From a virus (Duplodnaviria; Caudoviricetes): 64,000 nt of DNA. The number at the start of each line of letters is the position of its first letter. Position 1 is the first letter of the stretch. The position numbers and the translations under genes were made by a program. A model generated the notes under the pieces. The model was not told the DNA's origin and did no database searches. It saw only the letters and a list, made by a program, of their open reading frames with translations. The stretch lies in IMG/VR virus record IMGVR_UViG_3300002220_000674, positions 3,215 to 67,214 of that record; one strand, given 5' to 3'. Positions 1 to 8,542 of this stretch are shown one piece after another.

Positions 1-1
1 A

Positions 2-58
2 TATGAAGATTTAAAAACAGAATTAAAATTGTGTCCTGTATGTGATAAACCTTTCTGA
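2..58 (+). CDS. 3' end of a gene truncated by the window edge; probable N-terminal half of Rad50/SbcC ending at the zinc hook
   Basis: Frame 2 reads YEDLKTELKLCPVCDKPF-stop. CPVC (32-43) is a Rad50-type hook motif, and the gene lies just upstream of Mre11/SbcD. Confidence 0.6.
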   Translation, partial: YEDLKTELKLCPVCDKPF

Positions 59-70
59 CAGGAGCAAACA

Positions 71-319
71 ATGGCTTTAAAATATGATAACTGCACTGTA
101 AGAGTATCAGGAACCAAACTTCATTTCACAGTAGATCTTTCCAAAATCGTAGGCTTTACCAAATATAAAAATTATATCCTTTGTCATATTCCATATACAT
201 TATTTACCATAGGTAAATACAAGTTTGGTTTCAGTTTATTTCTGACTAAAGGCAAAAAAGAATTTAAAAGGATACCTGAGACAACCATCCAAGACTTAGA
301 AAAGGAGATAAACATTTGA
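71..319 (+). CDS. hypothetical protein
   Basis: 82-aa ORF preceded by GGAG; overlaps the start of the next gene. Confidence 0.7.
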   Translation: MALKYDNCTVRVSGTKLHFTVDLSKIVGFTKYKNYILCHIPYTLFTIGKYKFGFSLFLTKGKKEFKRIPETTIQDLEKEINI

Positions 320-1227
320 AAATATTATGTACAGGTGACTGGCATATCAGAGAAACCAATCCTGAATATCGCATTGATGATTTTAAAACAACATTGAAAC
401 GCAAAATAGTTTCTATTCTTAATCTATATGACAAGCATGATTGTGATTTGTTGTTGCAACCGGGAGATTTTTTTGATTATGCTGCAAGGGTTTCTTATCA
501 AATGTTAAGTGAATGGACTTTGTTTTTTGATGGAGCACCCACAATTTTTACTATTTTAGGACAACATGATACTAAAAACCATTCATTAACCAATAAAGAT
601 ATTCCTGCATATGTTTTTGATGCCATAGGAGCCATTGAGTTATTAAATGATTTTGTTATGGGAAGATCATATATCAAAGATAATGAAAAGTTAAGTTTGT
701 ATGGATGTTCTTATGGAGAAAAGATCCCAAAAGTTTCTAAAGAAAAAGAAATATTTAATATACTTGTCATTCATAAAATGATTATCAAATCTAAAAAACT
801 GTGGGAAGGGCAAGAAGAATACAGTTTAGCAAAGTCTTTATTGAAAAAATATAATTATGATTTGATTGTTTCAGGAGACAACCACACCAAATTTATTGAA
901 ACTTATGAAGATAAAACACTGATTAATATGGGATCTTTAATGAGAACTGCAAAGAATCAACAAGATCATCAACCTGCTGTTGTCATTTTTGATACTGAAA
1001 CAAGGGAATATATAGAAGAACTGATCCCGATTGAACCATTTGATGAAGTGTTTGATATCAATCGTATTGAAAAAGAAACAGTGATTAAAAAAGAATTAAC
1101 AGAATTAGTTGAAGTGTTTGAGGAACAATATGAAACTACTATCGATTTTCTAAAAAATCTTAATATTGTTAAAAAAGCAGCAGATGCAGATACCCTAGAA
1201 ATATTTAATGAAATTTCTTCAACATGA
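316..1227 (+). CDS. Mre11/SbcD-family metallophosphoesterase nuclease
   Basis: Motifs GDWH, GDFFD, GQHD, IH and GDNH, plus NMGSLMR; TTG start. Confidence 0.92.
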   Translation: MKILCTGDWHIRETNPEYRIDDFKTTLKRKIVSILNLYDKHDCDLLLQPGDFFDYAARVSYQMLSEWTLFFDGAPTIFTILGQHDTKNHSLTNKDIPAYVFDAIGAIELLNDFVMGRSYIKDNEKLSLYGCSYGEKIPKVSKEKEIFNILVIHKMIIKSKKLWEGQEEYSLAKSLLKKYNYDLIVSGDNHTKFIETYEDKTLINMGSLMRTAKNQQDHQPAVVIFDTETREYIEELIPIEPFDEVFDINRIEKETVIKKELTELVEVFEEQYETTIDFLKNLNIVKKAADADTLEIFNEISST

Positions 1228-1240
1228 AAGGAACACAATC

Positions 1241-1477
1241 ATGAACATGACAGATAGACTGTTGAAAATGAAAAAAATTATTGAAGAAGCAAAACAAGAA
1301 ATTGCTGTGTTAACTGGTAGAAAAGAAGAAATGCTATCAAGACTTGAAAAAGATTATGGATTAAAAAATGTTGCAACTGCTGAAAAGTTTATTGAAACTG
1401 AAACACAGAAACTGAAAAAAGATAGAACCAAAGCGGAATCAAAATATAAAAAACTGACTGAACAATACAATTGGTAA
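1241..1477 (+). CDS. small coiled-coil protein, possibly a Rad50 coil segment
   Basis: Helical K/E-rich sequence. Start moved to the ATG at 1241 behind AAAGGA. Confidence 0.6.
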   Translation: MNMTDRLLKMKKIIEEAKQEIAVLTGRKEEMLSRLEKDYGLKNVATAEKFIETETQKLKKDRTKAESKYKKLTEQYNW

Positions 1478-1490
1478 TTTATGGGTATAT

Positions 1491-1763
1491 TTGGATATTT
1501 TTTTGGGTATGCAGAGGTTACAGATGAAACCAAAATCAATGAGTATGATAAAGGATTCCAGACCTATTCAGGAAATTCATGGACCAAATGGTGATTGGAT
1601 GATTTCTTGTGGAGATATTTTTGAAGGGCATCCCGATCAGATTGTTTCATATCTTGAAGATGATGGCACAATATGGTTTGCCATTTTAGGAGAAAAGGGA
1701 ACAGTGCTTCAAAGAATAAACAGTAAGTATGTTGGTGAAATTATCTATAACATATCCAGTTAA
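1491..1763 (+). CDS. hypothetical protein
   Basis: Co-oriented ORF filling the operon; true start may be further downstream. Confidence 0.6.
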   Translation: MDIFLGMQRLQMKPKSMSMIKDSRPIQEIHGPNGDWMISCGDIFEGHPDQIVSYLEDDGTIWFAILGEKGTVLQRINSKYVGEIIYNISS

Positions 1764-1781
1764 TCAGAAAGGAGCTTTAAT

Positions 1782-2066
1782 ATGGCATTAAGATGGCGAA
1801 GACAACCAAATGAAGGAGGTTTACGGTCCATTGTTCAAGGATATCGTGGATATCAACTAAGAGATAAGGGTGTAGAATTAGCACATGTTGCAACTATTGA
1901 TCGTCATGGTACGGGTAAAGGTTGGTATTGGTATGCTTTTGGTAAAAACACATGCCAAACACCTGTTAAAACAGCAGAAGAAGCAAAGAAACAGGCAACT
2001 GCTTATGTAAAAACAAAATTAAAGGAGCTTTCTAATGGAAAAGAAAACAAAAAAATCAACAATTGA
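1782..2066 (+). CDS. hypothetical phage protein (WYWYA motif)
   Basis: AAAGGAG RBS and a compact ORF. Confidence 0.7.
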   Translation: MALRWRRQPNEGGLRSIVQGYRGYQLRDKGVELAHVATIDRHGTGKGWYWYAFGKNTCQTPVKTAEEAKKQATAYVKTKLKELSNGKENKKINN

Positions 2067-2319
2067 TAAGATAATTAAATCAAGTGGGTATTCTGAAAAT
2101 GAAGATAAAATTTGGTGTTCAGTTTCCTGCACTGTTCAGATTGTTTCTTATGAACCATTCAATATTACCATAGGAAGGTCGATTACACCGGAACCCAAAC
2201 AAGATCCCGAAAAAATCCTATGTGGTTTAATGAACCGATTGACAAAATATGCTATCACTCAAGCTGAAACTGTAAGGGAAAACCCTGAAGAATTCTATGA
2301 AGAGGCAACTGATGATTGA
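2035..2319 (+). CDS. hypothetical protein
   Basis: AAAGGAG RBS; overlaps both neighbours. Confidence 0.7.
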   Translation: MEKKTKKSTIDKIIKSSGYSENEDKIWCSVSCTVQIVSYEPFNITIGRSITPEPKQDPEKILCGLMNRLTKYAITQAETVRENPEEFYEEATDD

Positions 2320-2893
2320 TCAATTAATAAAAAGACAAAAAGAAGTTTCTAAAAAATTAATTGAAAAAGAAGTCTTAGAAGAACAAATTATTAATTTAAA
2401 AACAGAACTTGTTAAACAAAACAGAAGACACCTTGCAGGATTGAAAGCACGAAAATTAATCATCTTGGCAGCACAAAACACACAAGAAAACTTAAAAGAT
2501 TATATCACAAAGATAGTAAACCTTGCATTAACATCTGTTTTGCCTGATCCACCTGTGTTTTCCATGAAGTTTGAAGAAAGAAGAAACAAAACAGAATGTG
2601 ATCTCATGTTAGATGATGACTCTAACATGTTGGAATCCTATGCAGGTGGAGAATTAGACATCGTTTCCTTTGCTTTGAGATGTATTTTTGTTTCATTAAA
2701 GAAAACAAGAAAAACTTTAATTCTCGATGAAACTTTTAAAAATTTATCGGTGAGTTATCATCAGGCAGCAGCAGTAATGATTAAAACATTATCGGAAAAA
2801 TTGGGGATTCAAATTATATTAGTCTCACATATTCCGGGTTTGATTACTGCTGCTGATAAAACATTTACTTTGACGCAAAAAGGATTGAAATAA
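2297..2893 (+). CDS. C-terminal half of Rad50/SbcC ABC ATPase
   Basis: Short coiled coil followed by a signature-like SYAGGE, Walker B LILDE and H-loop LVSH. No Walker A in this ORF. Confidence 0.85.
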   Translation: MKRQLMIDQLIKRQKEVSKKLIEKEVLEEQIINLKTELVKQNRRHLAGLKARKLIILAAQNTQENLKDYITKIVNLALTSVLPDPPVFSMKFEERRNKTECDLMLDDDSNMLESYAGGELDIVSFALRCIFVSLKKTRKTLILDETFKNLSVSYHQAAAVMIKTLSEKLGIQIILVSHIPGLITAADKTFTLTQKGLK

Positions 2894-2894
2894 G

Positions 2895-3245
2895 ATGGAT
2901 AAACCACCTGTAAACACTGTTACACAGATAGATCGGCAAAGAATATCAGAACTTGCTGAACTTATAAGAACTAACAATATGGTTAGACGTTACCTTGAAG
3001 GTAAAAATGTCTTTGCTTTTCCAATGGATGTGATCACATTTGAAGATTATATAAATCGTTCATTGGAATTAATTTACCAACATTTACCTGATGCTATCAA
3101 ACGAGTCAATGAACTGGAAATTACCTACCAAACATGGTTTGAGAAAGTTCAACTTTATGATAAATTAGCCAAAGAAGTGCGCAAATTAAACAATAAACCA
3201 GAACAAGTAACTAAACTATTAAATCAATTAGGATACAAGGAGTAA
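2895..3245 (+). CDS. hypothetical protein
   Basis: 116-aa co-oriented ORF abutting its neighbours. Confidence 0.65.
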   Translation: MDKPPVNTVTQIDRQRISELAELIRTNNMVRRYLEGKNVFAFPMDVITFEDYINRSLELIYQHLPDAIKRVNELEITYQTWFEKVQLYDKLAKEVRKLNNKPEQVTKLLNQLGYKE

Positions 3246-3248
3246 TAA

Positions 3249-3617
3249 ATGACCCCTGGAATTATTACAACAGAAGAATTTGATTTTATTGTTGAAGAAC
3301 GTATTAAATTAATTAAAAAAGTATTACAGAAAAAAGCGAAGGAATATGCTTCTGATACAAATAGAATGCATAACTTTGTTGCTGGTGCTAACTATGACAA
3401 TGAATCCCCTGAAAAATATTTGTGGAATCTTTGGAAAAAACATTTAGTAGCAGTACAGGATATAATAAACAAAATTGAAAAAGTATACCAAGATGGCATA
3501 GAATATGCGTTTGATGATATTGAATATACAATTGTGAATGAAAAGATAACTGATACTGTTAATTATGCAATTTTATTGGAGGCTTTATTTAATGCCAGAA
3601 GAATTATTACCACTTAA
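3249..3617 (+). CDS. all-alpha NTP-pyrophosphatase-like (MazG/DUF1599-like) protein
   Basis: KAKEYA..D/NRMHNF and EKITDTVNYAILLEAL patterns; AAGGAG RBS. Confidence 0.5.
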   Translation: MTPGIITTEEFDFIVEERIKLIKKVLQKKAKEYASDTNRMHNFVAGANYDNESPEKYLWNLWKKHLVAVQDIINKIEKVYQDGIEYAFDDIEYTIVNEKITDTVNYAILLEALFNARRIITT

Positions 3618-5187
3618 AAAAAAGAGAATTACCATTCAATCTGGTAAAGCCAAAGGTAGAAGGTTACAACAATGGTTTGCTAAACAGATTGCTGAACTAA
3701 CAGGCTTTGAATACGGTAAAGATTGCGATATTGAATCCCGGCCAATGGGACAATCTGGTATTGATATCAGAATGTCAAAGCAAGTTTTGGAAATCTTTCC
3801 GTATTCCCCGGAATGTTTTGTTGGATCTACTTTAGTTTTAACTGAAAATGGTTTCCGTCCTATTAGTAAATTAAAAATAGGGGAAAAAGTTTTTACAAGT
3901 AAAGGACGTTTTAGAAAAATTATAAATATTTTTTCTAAAGAAACAAATAATATTTTAAAATTAACAACAGAAGGATGTACTGAATCTATTTTAACTACTC
4001 CAGAACATCCTTTTGAGACTTTTGATTTTTATTATAAACCTATTACTGATTGTTCATATATTGCTAAATTAATTTATTCTTCTTCTAATTATGATAAACA
4101 TTTTGATGCATTACATCTTAATAGACAACAATTTACTAATGATTTTTTAAATGAAAATGAATGGTATTGTGCTTGCGGTTGTGGTCAATCTTTACCAAAA
4201 ATAGGAAGTAGAAAACGTGTTAAAAGGTATATACAAGGACATGGGGGTGCTCATTACAATATTACAAATATTCCATTAACAGTTTCATTAGATTATGAAT
4301 TAGCTTTTTTATTTGGAATTTATATTGCTGAAGGAAATGTATCTCAAAATAATTTAGTTATTACAATTGATAAAAGAAAAGATTTATTACGTGATTTTAT
4401 TTGTCAAATAATTACAAATAAATTTAATTACAAACCTAAATTATATTCAAATAATAAAACAAATTCTTTACAAATTAAAATTCATTCAGTCATCATTGCA
4501 AATTTTTTTAAATCAGTACTTGGAACAGGTTCCAAGAATAAATATTTAGGTAAATTTTTATTTTTAAATAAAAAAATTTTAGCTGGTTTATTACGAGGAT
4601 ATTTTTTAGGTGATGGTTGTTGTGGAAATGATTTTGCACGATGTGAATCAGTTAGTAGACAGTTAGCTTATGAAATAAATTTTGCATTATTACGTTTTGG
4701 TATCCACAGTAAAGTTATGCTTTCTAAAAGAAGTGAACGTATTAATGATCAAGGTAAATCATATTCTGATTTATACTCTATTTTACTAATTCAAGGAGGA
4801 TTATCTAGGTTCAAACAAATAATGAAAGGTGAAATTGGTGCATTAAAATCTTTATCTAAAATTAAATTATCAGGTCAAAGTCCTTTTATATTTGATTTTT
4901 TACACAATCGTTTATACTCACAAATTAGAAAAAAAGAAATTAAAAATTATAAAAAAATTGTTTATAATCTTTCTGTTGAAGATGATGAAACTTATGTTAT
5001 TGAGGGTGGGTATATTGTTCATAATTGCAAATGTCAAGAAAATTGGGCAGTTCATCAATGGATTGAACAGGCAAAAGCAAATCAACTACCGAATACTGAT
5101 TGGGTAATCTGTGCAAAAAGAAATCATTCTGATCCAGTGGTGATAATCGATGCAAAGGTATTCTTTAAAATTTTGAAAGGGACTTAA
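3592..5187 (+). CDS. phage Holliday junction resolvase (PD-(D/E)xK) interrupted by an intein
   Basis: Exteins join as ..KAKGRRLQQW..GIDI..YSPE|CKCQENW..AKRNHSDPVVIID, about 128 aa once spliced. Start at ATG 3592 behind GGAGG. Confidence 0.85.
   Translation: MPEELLPLKKKRITIQSGKAKGRRLQQWFAKQIAELTGFEYGKDCDIESRPMGQSGIDIRMSKQVLEIFPYSPECFVGSTLVLTENGFRPISKLKIGEKVFTSKGRFRKIINIFSKETNNILKLTTEGCTESILTTPEHPFETFDFYYKPITDCSYIAKLIYSSSNYDKHFDALHLNRQQFTNDFLNENEWYCACGCGQSLPKIGSRKRVKRYIQGHGGAHYNITNIPLTVSLDYELAFLFGIYIAEGNVSQNNLVITIDKRKDLLRDFICQIITNKFNYKPKLYSNNKTNSLQIKIHSVIIANFFKSVLGTGSKNKYLGKFLFLNKKILAGLLRGYFLGDGCCGNDFARCESVSRQLAYEINFALLRFGIHSKVMLSKRSERINDQGKSYSDLYSILLIQGGLSRFKQIMKGEIGALKSLSKIKLSGQSPFIFDFLHNRLYSQIRKKEIKNYKKIVYNLSVEDDETYVIEGGYIVHNCKCQENWAVHQWIEQAKANQLPNTDWVICAKRNHSDPVVIIDAKVFFKILKGT
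3814..5025 (+). mobile_element. intein (404 aa) with LAGLIDADG homing endonuclease, in the resolvase
   Basis: Starts CFVGSTLV and ends YIVHN followed by Cys+1; block B TPEHPF; LAGLIDADG blocks FGIYIAEG and LRGYFLGDG; more AT-rich than the flanks. Confidence 0.93.
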
Positions 5188-5190
5188 ATA

Positions 5191-5409
5191 GTGCTTTCTA
5201 CTGTCTTAAATAATATCAAATGTGAAAAGAAAAAAGCAGAAAATAAAATACAACAGGCATTAGAAGAATTCATAATTAATACTAAAGTACCAATTAAAGA
5301 TGTTACAATTAATATTCAAAACTCAAAAAAAACGCCCCCAATTGAATTGGATGAAACACTAATTACCACACTACAACTGAATTTTTTTCCTTTTATTGAC
5401 AATGAATGA
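5191..5409 (+). CDS. hypothetical protein
   Basis: GTG-start ORF packed between its neighbours. Confidence 0.5.
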   Translation: MLSTVLNNIKCEKKKAENKIQQALEEFIINTKVPIKDVTINIQNSKKTPPIELDETLITTLQLNFFPFIDNE

Positions 5410-5878
5410 TATATCAAGACTGAAATCACCTTGTTTTTCATGTGTGTATTGCTTTCAAGATAAGAATCTACTTCCTTGTTCAACCTGTAAAGATCACTTT
5501 GTATACGATGCAATACTTAGTGGTCTTTCTCAACAGGAGTTTGAGCAATGGTATGAGAAAATAAAAAACGATTCCATACACAGATGTATTGTAAAAGGAT
5601 GTCATCGAAGAGTTGAAAAGGAAGGAATGAAATGTGTGCGGTGTTATAAATCAAATGGTAACAAAAAAAGATTGGAATCAAAAAAATATATTAACCAAAG
5701 TGAAAAAATAATGGCTGATTTTGTCTTATTTTGTGAAAAAAAGTATCCTAATTTATCAACTGCTGCAAAAGAATTTGGTGTAAATACGACATATATTTAC
5801 ACCATTAAAAATTTTGAAGTGTACCCATCAAAAAGCATGTTGTTTGCAATGAAAAGTTTTATTGACCAATCGCCGTAA
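5396..5878 (+). CDS. Cys-rich zinc-binding protein with C-terminal helix-turn-helix; possible regulator
   Basis: CxxC clusters plus LSTAAKEFGVNTTYIYTIKN (HTH-like). Confidence 0.55.
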   Translation: MTMNDISRLKSPCFSCVYCFQDKNLLPCSTCKDHFVYDAILSGLSQQEFEQWYEKIKNDSIHRCIVKGCHRRVEKEGMKCVRCYKSNGNKKRLESKKYINQSEKIMADFVLFCEKKYPNLSTAAKEFGVNTTYIYTIKNFEVYPSKSMLFAMKSFIDQSP

Positions 5879-6191
5879 TACTTCCAAATATCACTTTTAA
5901 AAATAACAAAAAAAGACCCACCCCTAATGATGAATTAAATACCCAAAGCCAGTTTACTTGTTTTACCAAAGATGCAATACTACATTTGTCATGTTCTTCT
6001 TTTAATACATCTAACCTAACCCAAGCAGCATCTAACCTTGATTTAAAAGTTATTTGCCGTTCTTCTTGGACTGCTAACTTAGCAATAGCTTTTTGAAGTT
6101 CAAACATGCCTTGGCTTAACATTTGCTGGCCTGCTTCAATTCGAGCTAATCGTTCAACAACTTCAGTATTCAGTTCCATTTTATTATCCAA
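5859..6191 (-). CDS. holin/XhlA-like membrane protein
   Basis: N-terminal coiled coil with one C-terminal TM helix; last gene of the late operon. Confidence 0.55.
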   Translation of the reverse strand: MDNKMELNTEVVERLARIEAGQQMLSQGMFELQKAIAKLAVQEERQITFKSRLDAAWVRLDVLKEEHDKCSIASLVKQVNWLWVFNSSLGVGLFLLFLKVIFGSITAIGQ

Positions 6192-6404
6192 TTAGGTAGT
6201 TTTGTTTTTTTCAATTTTATGAGCAATACCCCATGCGGTTAAGGCTGTTCCAAATCCTGTGATTAGAGTCCCTATAAATTTAAACCAGGATTCTAATTCA
6301 GGATTTGGAGCAATTTCAGATGCACCTAATAATACAGGACCCAATGAAACCAGAAAAGTACCTGTTTTTACTTTCCATCCAGTCATTGATTGATTTAATG
6401 GCAT
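6192..6404 (-). CDS. small two-TM holin-like protein
   Basis: Two hydrophobic segments and a basic C-tail. Start moved to ATG 6404 behind AAGGAG. Confidence 0.55.
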   Translation of the reverse strand: MPLNQSMTGWKVKTGTFLVSLGPVLLGASEIAPNPELESWFKFIGTLITGFGTALTAWGIAHKIEKNKTT

Positions 6405-6455
6405 AAAGCTCTCCTTAGTATAAATGTATTTAGTTAAATACACTCTAAGCAAGAA

Positions 6456-6920
6456 CTATTCCATTATAGAAGATAACTTACTAACAATTAATTCAAGTAA
6501 ACTTGGAGCACCCGGTTTTTGTAAAGGCGTGTAAAACATAACGAAGTAGGGATCTGATCTTACTGATTCAGCCGGTTCATTATTAATTAATCCATAAGCT
6601 GTTGCTGTTAACTTATAAACAACATCAGGAGTAAATTCCTCTTTAACAAATTCAGTAATGGTAGCTGTACCAATATCTCGTTTTTTTTCTATATTAGTTG
6701 CAACATTTAACCAATAAATATTATAACCTGTTACTCTTGTATCAGGTGAAGGATCAAAAGTAACTTTAAAATCTTTCCATTGGAACTTGTGTGTGACAGC
6801 TTCTTGAGCATAAACAAAAGTAATTGTAAAAATAGTAAATAAAAGTATAAGAATTATTTTATTGCTTTTTCTGGAGTCCCGGAGGTATCGGTTTATCTTT
6901 TTTAACTGGTTTATTTTCAT
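6456..6920 (-). CDS. secreted single fibronectin type III domain protein
   Basis: Signal peptide ..FTITFVYA|QE; FN3 pattern VTFDPSPD..VTGYNIYW..YKLTATAY..ES.RS. Confidence 0.7.
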   Translation of the reverse strand: MKINQLKKINRYLRDSRKSNKIILILLFTIFTITFVYAQEAVTHKFQWKDFKVTFDPSPDTRVTGYNIYWLNVATNIEKKRDIGTATITEFVKEEFTPDVVYKLTATAYGLINNEPAESVRSDPYFVMFYTPLQKPGAPSLLELIVSKLSSIME

Positions 6921-7269
6921 TTGGAATTATTCCTTTCTCTACTTCAGCATATAAAATGTTAGAAAAATCAGATGCTTCATTATTTAAATTATAGACTAAG
7001 GCACTCATTTGATATTTATGTCCAGGATACAATTCACCAGATTCAAATATATGTTCTGTTGTATCCTTATCTAAATGATACACATAAGAAATATTTTCAG
7101 TAACATCCGTTAAAAATAAAACCATTAATTCCACACCTTCAGAAGTTGAAGGTTGAATTACAATTTTAACATTGGTATAGTCACTTGGAATTAATTCATA
7201 TTCTTGAGCACTTACTATTCCTGAAAATAAAAAGAAAAACAAACTAAAAAGAATAAATATTTTTTTCAT
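6859..7269 (-). CDS. secreted FN3-like protein
   Basis: Signal peptide MKKIFILF..VSA|QE; L.PG..YQMSALVYN..NEASDFSN. Confidence 0.7.
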   Translation of the reverse strand: MKKIFILFSLFFFLFSGIVSAQEYELIPSDYTNVKIVIQPSTSEGVELMVLFLTDVTENISYVYHLDKDTTEHIFESGELYPGHKYQMSALVYNLNNEASDFSNILYAEVEKGIIPNENKPVKKDKPIPPGLQKKQ

Positions 7270-7280
7270 TTAATTACTCC

Positions 7281-8213
7281 TTATCTTGTACCTTTTAAAG
7301 TCCATGAAATTCCTGCTAATGTTGTATCCTGTACAGGAGATACAATTCTTAATAGATCTCCTGTTTCAAAAGTTGTTGAATAATCCATGTTAAAAACAGC
7401 ATTAGCCCCTGATGCTGCAAAAACTACAGTACCAATTTCTATTCCGTCTTTTGTGATACTAAATGTTGTTTCAGCAGTGGCAGCAGTCTCTGCCCACATA
7501 TAGGAACCTGAAAAATCAGAAGCAAAATCTACTTCTTCACAAAAACGATGTCTGAATATTACTTTTTCAGCAGGTACTAAATCATCTTCAGTACCATATG
7601 ATCCTGCCACTACATATAATTGTGCTTCATTTCCAATTGCATCAAGTGCTTCTCTAATCCCTTGTTCTGTTACAAGATTGGTGTCTAAACCGGGATTGCC
7701 AACTGTAGTGACAACAGGAAATCCATCTTTTAAAGTTTTAGAATTAGCACCATCCCACTGAGGAATTGAATTGGCAGTATTTGTTGCCGGACCTACAACA
7801 TCACCATCACCTGACCCAATGGTAGGTGTATTGGTAATATTATCCCAATGAACTTCTCCACCACCCTCAGAAGTGTTTAACTCTGTTTTTGTATAATACG
7901 AATCATTATGATCATGGGTTATATCTGCATAATCGGAACTATGATCATGAGTTATACTTGCATAATCGGAACTATGATCATGGGTTATATCTGCATAATC
8001 AGAACTATGATCATGAGTTATACTTGCATAATTTAAATCATGATTATGAGTCCCTATATCAGTAATTTCTGCTTCAGTATGAGTATGACCCGTATCTGAT
8101 TTCAAAGCTAATTCAATATTAATGGAATCCTTTAATTCTTCTAAAGGAGCATTCATATCATCAGCATTGAAACGAGTTACTTGATTTGTCCAAGGAGTAT
8201 AGTCTACTGCCAT
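7281..8213 (-). CDS. tail fibre-like protein with His-x-His repeats
   Basis: HTH/HDH repeats, GDVVGPA motif, position at the end of the tail module. Confidence 0.7.
   Translation of the reverse strand: MAVDYTPWTNQVTRFNADDMNAPLEELKDSINIELALKSDTGHTHTEAEITDIGTHNHDLNYASITHDHSSDYADITHDHSSDYASITHDHSSDYADITHDHNDSYYTKTELNTSEGGGEVHWDNITNTPTIGSGDGDVVGPATNTANSIPQWDGANSKTLKDGFPVVTTVGNPGLDTNLVTEQGIREALDAIGNEAQLYVVAGSYGTEDDLVPAEKVIFRHRFCEEVDFASDFSGSYMWAETAATAETTFSITKDGIEIGTVVFAASGANAVFNMDYSTTFETGDLLRIVSPVQDTTLAGISWTLKGTR
7908..8039. repeat. four tandem 33-bp units (11-aa repeat, e.g. SSDYADITHDH) in an A-B-A-B pattern
   Basis: Units start at 7908, 7941, 7974 and 8007 and alternate DYADIT / (D,N)YASIT. 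Confidence 0.95.
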
Positions 8214-8228
8214 TTATTTTTTCCTTAT

Positions 8229-8534
8229 TTATTTATAAAAAAATCTTTTGTGTTCATGTGTGCCTATATCCAAGATTTCCGATTCAGTATGTGTATGTTC
8301 ATCATTAAAATTAGTTAATTGAGAAACCATATTTAGTATTTCGGGATTATCTTTAAATAATGGATTCTGTTTTAATACTGTAAAAATCTGTTCAACATGA
8401 TTTGTTGCTTCATGCTTTGATACTTGTTGCTCATAATTTTTTTGACTATCTGATTCAATTAAAGTTTCCAACATTCTACTTTGTATTTCTAAAGCATGGT
8501 TTATTTTTTTAAGTTCTTCTAATATTTCATTCAT
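8229..8534 (-). CDS. hypothetical protein sharing a 16-aa HxH segment with the tail fibre
   Basis: GGAG RBS; C-terminal HTHTESEILDIGTHEH. Confidence 0.6.
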   Translation of the reverse strand: MNEILEELKKINHALEIQSRMLETLIESDSQKNYEQQVSKHEATNHVEQIFTVLKQNPLFKDNPEILNMVSQLTNFNDEHTHTESEILDIGTHEHKRFFYK

Positions 8535-8542
8535 AACAACTC

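Noticed and set aside
6192-6404. Holin dual-start motif (Met1/Met7)
   Set aside because: There is no basic residue between the two Met codons and no second RBS.
8040-8305. Duplicated segment as a diversity-generating retroelement TR/VR pair
   Set aside because: Mismatches are not restricted to adenines, the segment is only about 50 bp, and no reverse transcriptase is in the window.
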